A stretch of DNA of 22,417 nt, from the IMG/VR virus record IMGVR_UViG_2609459831_000017, one strand, 5' to 3'. This stretch comes from a virus. Taxonomy: Duplodnaviria; Heunggongvirae; Uroviricota; Caudoviricetes. Position numbers and translations under genes: made by a program. Shown in pieces: positions 19,111 through 22,417 of this stretch; within the stretch, counting starts at the first letter, position 1, and each line of letters begins with the position of its first letter. The notes below the pieces were generated by a model. It saw only the letters and a program-made list of their open reading frames with translations, searched no databases and was not told the DNA's origin.

Positions 19111-19178
19111 AAGTGCGGGTGCGTTGAGGATGCCTGCCACATCAGAGGTGGCGAGGGATTTCTCCCCCGCCGGGTCTC

Positions 19179-19334
19179 TTACTCCTCAGGTTCGTAAGCT
19201 GTGAAGACAGCGACCTCCGTCTGGCCGGTTCGGATTCGTACCTCGCAGAGGTCTTTCCTCGTTACCAGTGCCGTCACTATGACGGTTAAACAGATGACGA
19301 TCAGGGCGATTAACATCGCCTTTTGCTGCTTCAT
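19179..19334 (-). CDS. hokD: Hok-family membrane toxin
   Basis: 51 aa (MKQQKAMLIALIVICLTVIVTALVTRKDLCEVRIRTGQTEVAVFTAYEPEE), matching recalled HokD/RelF. Below the track cutoff; translated by hand. Confidence 0.85.
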   Translation of the reverse strand: MKQQKAMLIALIVICLTVIVTALVTRKDLCEVRIRTGQTEVAVFTAYEPEE

Positions 19335-19405
19335 AGCCTGCTTCTCCTGTCAACGCAAAGCAGAAGTGTCACCTTCGGTGCGAAACAGAGATGTCATGCT
19401 TTGGT

Positions 19406-19693
19406 TCAGAGAATGCGTTTGACCGCCTCGCTATATACTTCCGAGCGTTCTCTTTTCCCAACAGAAATCACGAAAACGACAACTTTCTCGTCTATAACCT
19501 GGTATACAAGGCGATAGCCTGAAGACCGGAGCTTAATCTTGTAACAATCAGGCATACCACGGAGCTTGTTTGCTTCAATCCGGGGTGACTCAAGTACTTC
19601 AACCAGCTTCTTTTTCAACTGTTCACGTACCGTCGAGCCCAGCTTTCGCCATTCCTTTAGTGCCCGCTCGTCAAAATCCAGAAAATACGCCAT
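19406..19693 (-). CDS. relE: RelE mRNA interferase toxin
   Basis: 95 aa (MAYFLDFDERALKEWRKLGSTVREQLKKKLVEVLESPRIEANKLRGMPDCYKIKLRSSGYRLVYQVIDEKVVVFVISVGKRERSEVY...), matching recalled K-12 RelE. Confidence 0.95.
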   Translation of the reverse strand: MAYFLDFDERALKEWRKLGSTVREQLKKKLVEVLESPRIEANKLRGMPDCYKIKLRSSGYRLVYQVIDEKVVVFVISVGKRERSEVYSEAVKRIL

Positions 19694-19932
19694 CAGAGTT
19701 CATCCAGCGTCACACGTACTGGCTTAGGATTACGAAGCCGTTCTTTCACTATCTCCACAAGTTCAGCATCTTCATCACTCAGGAGTGTCTGTTTGAACGG
19801 CAAGCGTTCATTGTCAGCGATATACTCGAGCATGAGACGAAGCGCTTCAGAAGGAGTTACACCCATTTTTTCAAGCGCGGCGTAAGAACGCGCTTTAAGT
19901 TCATCGTCAATACGCAGGTTAATGCTACCCAT
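19693..19932 (-). CDS. relB: RelB antitoxin
   Basis: 79 aa (MGSINLRIDDELKARSYAALEKMGVTPSEALRLMLEYIADNERLPF...), matching recalled K-12 RelB; overlaps the relE start by 1 nt. Confidence 0.95.
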   Translation of the reverse strand: MGSINLRIDDELKARSYAALEKMGVTPSEALRLMLEYIADNERLPFKQTLLSDEDAELVEIVKERLRNPKPVRVTLDEL

Positions 19933-19940
19933 GTCTTACA

Positions 19941-19969
19941 CCTCTTGTAATTACAAATGTCATTACAAG
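19941..19969 (-). promoter_or_regulatory. relO operator, overlapping the relBE promoter
   Basis: Minus strand reads CTTGTAATGACATTTGTAATTACAAGAGG, hexad inverted repeats TTGTAAT/ATTACAA as recalled for relO. Candidate -35/-10 (TTGCCC, 17 nt, GATACT) just upstream. Confidence 0.7.
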
Positions 19970-20262
19970 TATCGCACTACAACATGCTTAGGGCAAGTCA
20001 CGAAGGAAGTCAGAAAGTAGTCGTAAGAACGGTGATCACTGTCCGCTTTGTGCCAGGAGCAGCCATTGCTAAGTCCATCCTGTATTGTGCAGGTCAGCTC
20101 GTTTTTAAAGAGTCCGGCCATCATCTTACTGGTACAGACACCATATACTTTGTGACGGTCAGGCTACATATGCACAACTCAACTTATTCATCTATTTTTT
20201 GCTTTAGCATGTCAGTGTTGCTTTCTCGTCGGCGGGTGAGCGGTGACCTGACCTGTCGATAA
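19957..20262 (+). CDS. ydfV: YdfV-like ORF, possibly not a real gene
   Basis: 101-aa ORF matching the recalled K-12 ydfV annotation, but its ATG lies inside relO and no Shine-Dalgarno is evident. Product is Cys/His-containing and low-complexity. Confidence 0.35.
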   Translation: MSLQVSHYNMLRASHEGSQKVVVRTVITVRFVPGAAIAKSILYCAGQLVFKESGHHLTGTDTIYFVTVRLHMHNSTYSSIFCFSMSVLLSRRRVSGDLTCR

Positions 20263-20414
20263 AGGAACGTAACACGTTTTATGCAACACCCGCATGCGGC
20301 AGAAAATTATTGCCGAACGTTTACCCCTGTCAACAAGCTTTACTTTCTGAGGCGCGCCAGCCCGCGAGGAAAACAATCTGAACATCAAACAATTAATGAC
20401 ACAAGAAATACGAT

Positions 20415-20441
20415 TAAAGATTTTTTTGTGCATGCCGATAG
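20415..20441 (+). promoter_or_regulatory. sigma-28 (FliA) class 3 flagellar promoter for flxA
   Basis: TAAAGATT (20415-20422), 11-nt spacer, GCCGATAG (20434-20441), against consensus TAAAGTTT-N11-GCCGATAA; 23 nt upstream of the flxA ATG. Confidence 0.65.
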
Positions 20442-20464
20442 TGCTTTTTTAAAAGGAGAAATCT

Positions 20465-20797
20465 ATGTCTGTCACAATTCAGGGAAATACCTCAACCGTT
20501 ATTTCAAACAACTCCGCCCCGGAAGGAACATCAGAAATAGCCAAAATCACAAGACAAATTCAGGTGCTGACTGAAAAGCTTGGGAAAATCTCATCGGAAG
20601 AGGGGATGACGACACAGCAGAAAAAAGAAATGGCTGCATTGGTACAGAAGCAAATTGAAAGCCTCTGGGCTCAACTGGAGCAGTTGTTAAGGCAGCAGGC
20701 AGAGAAAAAGAATGAAGACGCGACAGTTCAGCCTGATAAAAAAGAAGAGAAAAAAGACGATACAAATACCGCTGGCACCATTGATATTTACGTCTAA
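20465..20797 (+). CDS. flxA: FlxA, FliA-regulated protein of unknown function
   Basis: 110 aa (MSVTIQGNTSTVISNNSAPEGTSEIAKITRQIQVLTEKLGKISSEEGMTTQQKKEMAALVQKQIESLWAQLEQL...) with AAGGAG Shine-Dalgarno. Confidence 0.85.
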   Translation: MSVTIQGNTSTVISNNSAPEGTSEIAKITRQIQVLTEKLGKISSEEGMTTQQKKEMAALVQKQIESLWAQLEQLLRQQAEKKNEDATVQPDKKEEKKDDTNTAGTIDIYV

Positions 20798-20811
20798 GTG
20801 ACAGCCGTATT

Positions 20812-20838
20812 GTGGCCCTCATCGGGCCACTTTTCGCC
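20812..20838 (+). terminator. predicted intrinsic terminator downstream of flxA
   Basis: GTGGCCC-TCATC-GGGCCAC hairpin followed by TTTTCGCC. Confidence 0.5.
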
Positions 20839-21254
20839 ATCAGCCTTTTCTTTAAAGACATATTATCTTTGTATCATTTCTGATAGTTAACATTACAAGA
20901 TATAAGTAATGGACGCACTCCCAATTAGTCTATTTAAATCGCCACGAGTTTAACTGACAACCCATGATCAATTATGAATTGCAACTATTTCTGTAGTCAC
21001 TTTTGTGGGGACAGTCCACAAAACTGCCAACTTCCGCTTCTTGCTCTTAGCGGACATTAGCATAGGCTATTTACCATAACGCCTCATTACGCGCACCGCC
21101 CAGACTGACTCAGCGCGTTTCTGGCATATCCCCGGTAAAACAAGTAACAAACCACCCGAAAATGAACACCAGAAACGCGACTTAAGAATTGATCTTACCC
21201 AGCAATAGTGGACACGCGGCTAAGTGAGTAAACTCTCAGTCAGAGGTGACTCAC

Positions 21255-21554
21255 ATGACAAAAACAGTATCAACCAGTAAAAAACCCCGTAAACAGCATT
21301 CGCCTGAATTTCGCAGTGAAGCCCTGAAGCTTGCTGAACGCATCGGTGTTACTGCCGCAGCCCGTGAACTCAGCCTGTATGAATCACTGCTCTACAACTG
21401 GCGCAGTAAACAGCAAAATCAGCAGACGTCTTCTGAACGTGAACTGGAGATGTCTACCGAGATTGCACGTCTCAAACGCCAGCTGGCAGAACGGGATGAA
21501 GAGCTGGCTATCCTCCAAAAGGCCGCGACATACTTCGCGAAGCGCCTGAAATGA
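21255..21554 (+). CDS. insE: IS3 OrfA (transposase N-terminal, helix-turn-helix)
   Basis: 99 aa ([43 protein letters not shown]...) from ATG 21255; the track ORF uses an upstream GTG at 21246. Confidence 0.9.
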   Translation: MTKTVSTSKKPRKQHSPEFRSEALKLAERIGVTAAARELSLYESLLYNWRSKQQNQQTSSERELEMSTEIARLKRQLAERDEELAILQKAATYFAKRLK

Positions 21555-22417
21555 AGTATGTCTTTATTGAAAAACATCAGGCTGAGTTCAGCATCAAAGC
21601 AATGTGCCGCGTGCTCCGGGTGGCCCGCAGCGGCTGGTATACGTGGTGTCAGCGGCGGACAAGGATAAGCACGCGTCAGCAGTTCCGCCAACACTGCGAC
21701 AGCGTTGTCCTCGCGGCTTTTACCCGGTCAAAACAGCGTTACGGTGCCCCACGCCTGACGGATGAACTGCGTGCTCAGGGTTACCCCTTTAACGTAAAAA
21801 CCGTGGCGGCAAGCCTGCGCCGTCAGGGACTGAGGGCAAAGGCCTCCCGGAAGTTCAGCCCGGTCAGCTACCGCGCACACGGCCTGCCTGTGTCAGAAAA
21901 TCTGTTGGAGCAGGATTTTTACGCCAGTGGCCCGAACCAGAAGTGGGCAGGAGACATCACGTACTTACGTACAGATGAAGGCTGGCTGTATCTGGCAGTG
22001 GTCATTGACCTGTGGTCACGTGCCGTTATTGGCTGGTCAATGTCGCCACGCATGACGGCGCAACTGGCCTGCGATGCCCTGCAGATGGCGCTGTGGCGGC
22101 GTAAGAGGCCCCGGAACGTTATCGTTCACACGGACCGTGGAGGCCAGTACTGTTCAGCAGATTATCAGGCGCAACTGAAGCGGCATAATCTGCGTGGAAG
22201 TATGAGCGCAAAAGGTTGCTGCTACGATAATGCCTGCGTGGAAAGCTTCTTTCATTCGCTGAAAGTGGAATGTATCCATGGAGAACACTTTATCAGCCGG
22301 GAAATAATGCGGGCAACGGTATTTAATTATATCGAATGTGATTACAATCGGTGGCGGCGGCACAGTTGGTGTGGCGGCCTCAGTCCGGAACAATTTGAAA
22401 ACCAGAACCTCGCTTAG
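21551..22417 (+). CDS. insF: IS3 OrfB (DDE transposase catalytic domain), made as an OrfAB fusion by -1 frameshift
   Basis: 288 aa with DDE/RNase-H-fold motifs ([28 protein letters not shown]). Frame is -1 relative to orfA; the overlap includes A-AAA-G at 21517-21521. Confidence 0.9.
   Translation: MKYVFIEKHQAEFSIKAMCRVLRVARSGWYTWCQRRTRISTRQQFRQHCDSVVLAAFTRSKQRYGAPRLTDELRAQGYPFNVKTVAASLRRQGLRAKASRKFSPVSYRAHGLPVSENLLEQDFYASGPNQKWAGDITYLRTDEGWLYLAVVIDLWSRAVIGWSMSPRMTAQLACDALQMALWRRKRPRNVIVHTDRGGQYCSADYQAQLKRHNLRGSMSAKGCCYDNACVESFFHSLKVECIHGEHFISREIMRATVFNYIECDYNRWRRHSWCGGLSPEQFENQNLA

Larger units (their letters stand above)
21190..22417 (+). mobile_element. IS3 insertion sequence; right terminal ~30 bp lie beyond the window
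   Basis: Left terminal inverted repeat begins TGATCTTACCCAGCAATAGTGGACACGCGGC at 21190, followed by the two IS3 ORFs. IS3 is ~1258 bp as recalled, so its right end falls just past 22417. Confidence 0.9.

Noticed and set aside
20998-21024. Perfect 8-bp inverted repeat with a 7-nt spacer upstream of IS3
   Set aside because: No adjacent T-tract or recognisable operator or att similarity; could be a protein-binding site but there is no supporting context. Mentioned under the IS3 finding.

Overview
The window reads as the left ~20 kb of a Qin-like lambdoid cryptic prophage in an Escherichia/Shigella-type chromosome, and I found no strong evidence for a previously undescribed multi-gene system. 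All protein, site and gene-length comparisons are to phage lambda and E. coli K-12 as recalled from memory; no search was run. The left flank is a host MFS transporter gene (ydfJ-like, 1..1284, minus strand) that appears N-terminally truncated by the insertion. The prophage interior, left to right, contains ydfK, a Pin serine invertase, tail fiber assembly and a 1116-aa side tail fiber gene, then lambda-like FII, FI and Nu1 with remnants of Z, E and A created by two internal deletions. An apparently intact cos site follows, then a block of accessory genes (ynfO, ydfO, gnsB, ynfN-like, cspI), a lysis cassette (Rz/Rz1, SAR endolysin, ydfR, pinholin), cspB/cspF, Q antiterminator, ydfU, rem, an unassigned 83-aa gene, the relB-relE-hokD operon, ydfV and flxA. 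The right edge is an IS3 element cut by the window end. No rRNA, tRNA or CRISPR array was seen. The least-explained pieces are the 83-aa gene beside relBE-hokD, the ydfU/rem pair with an HNH-like zinc-finger motif, a small zinc-ribbon gene between holin and cspB, and two small hydrophobic ORFs below the ORF-track cutoff.
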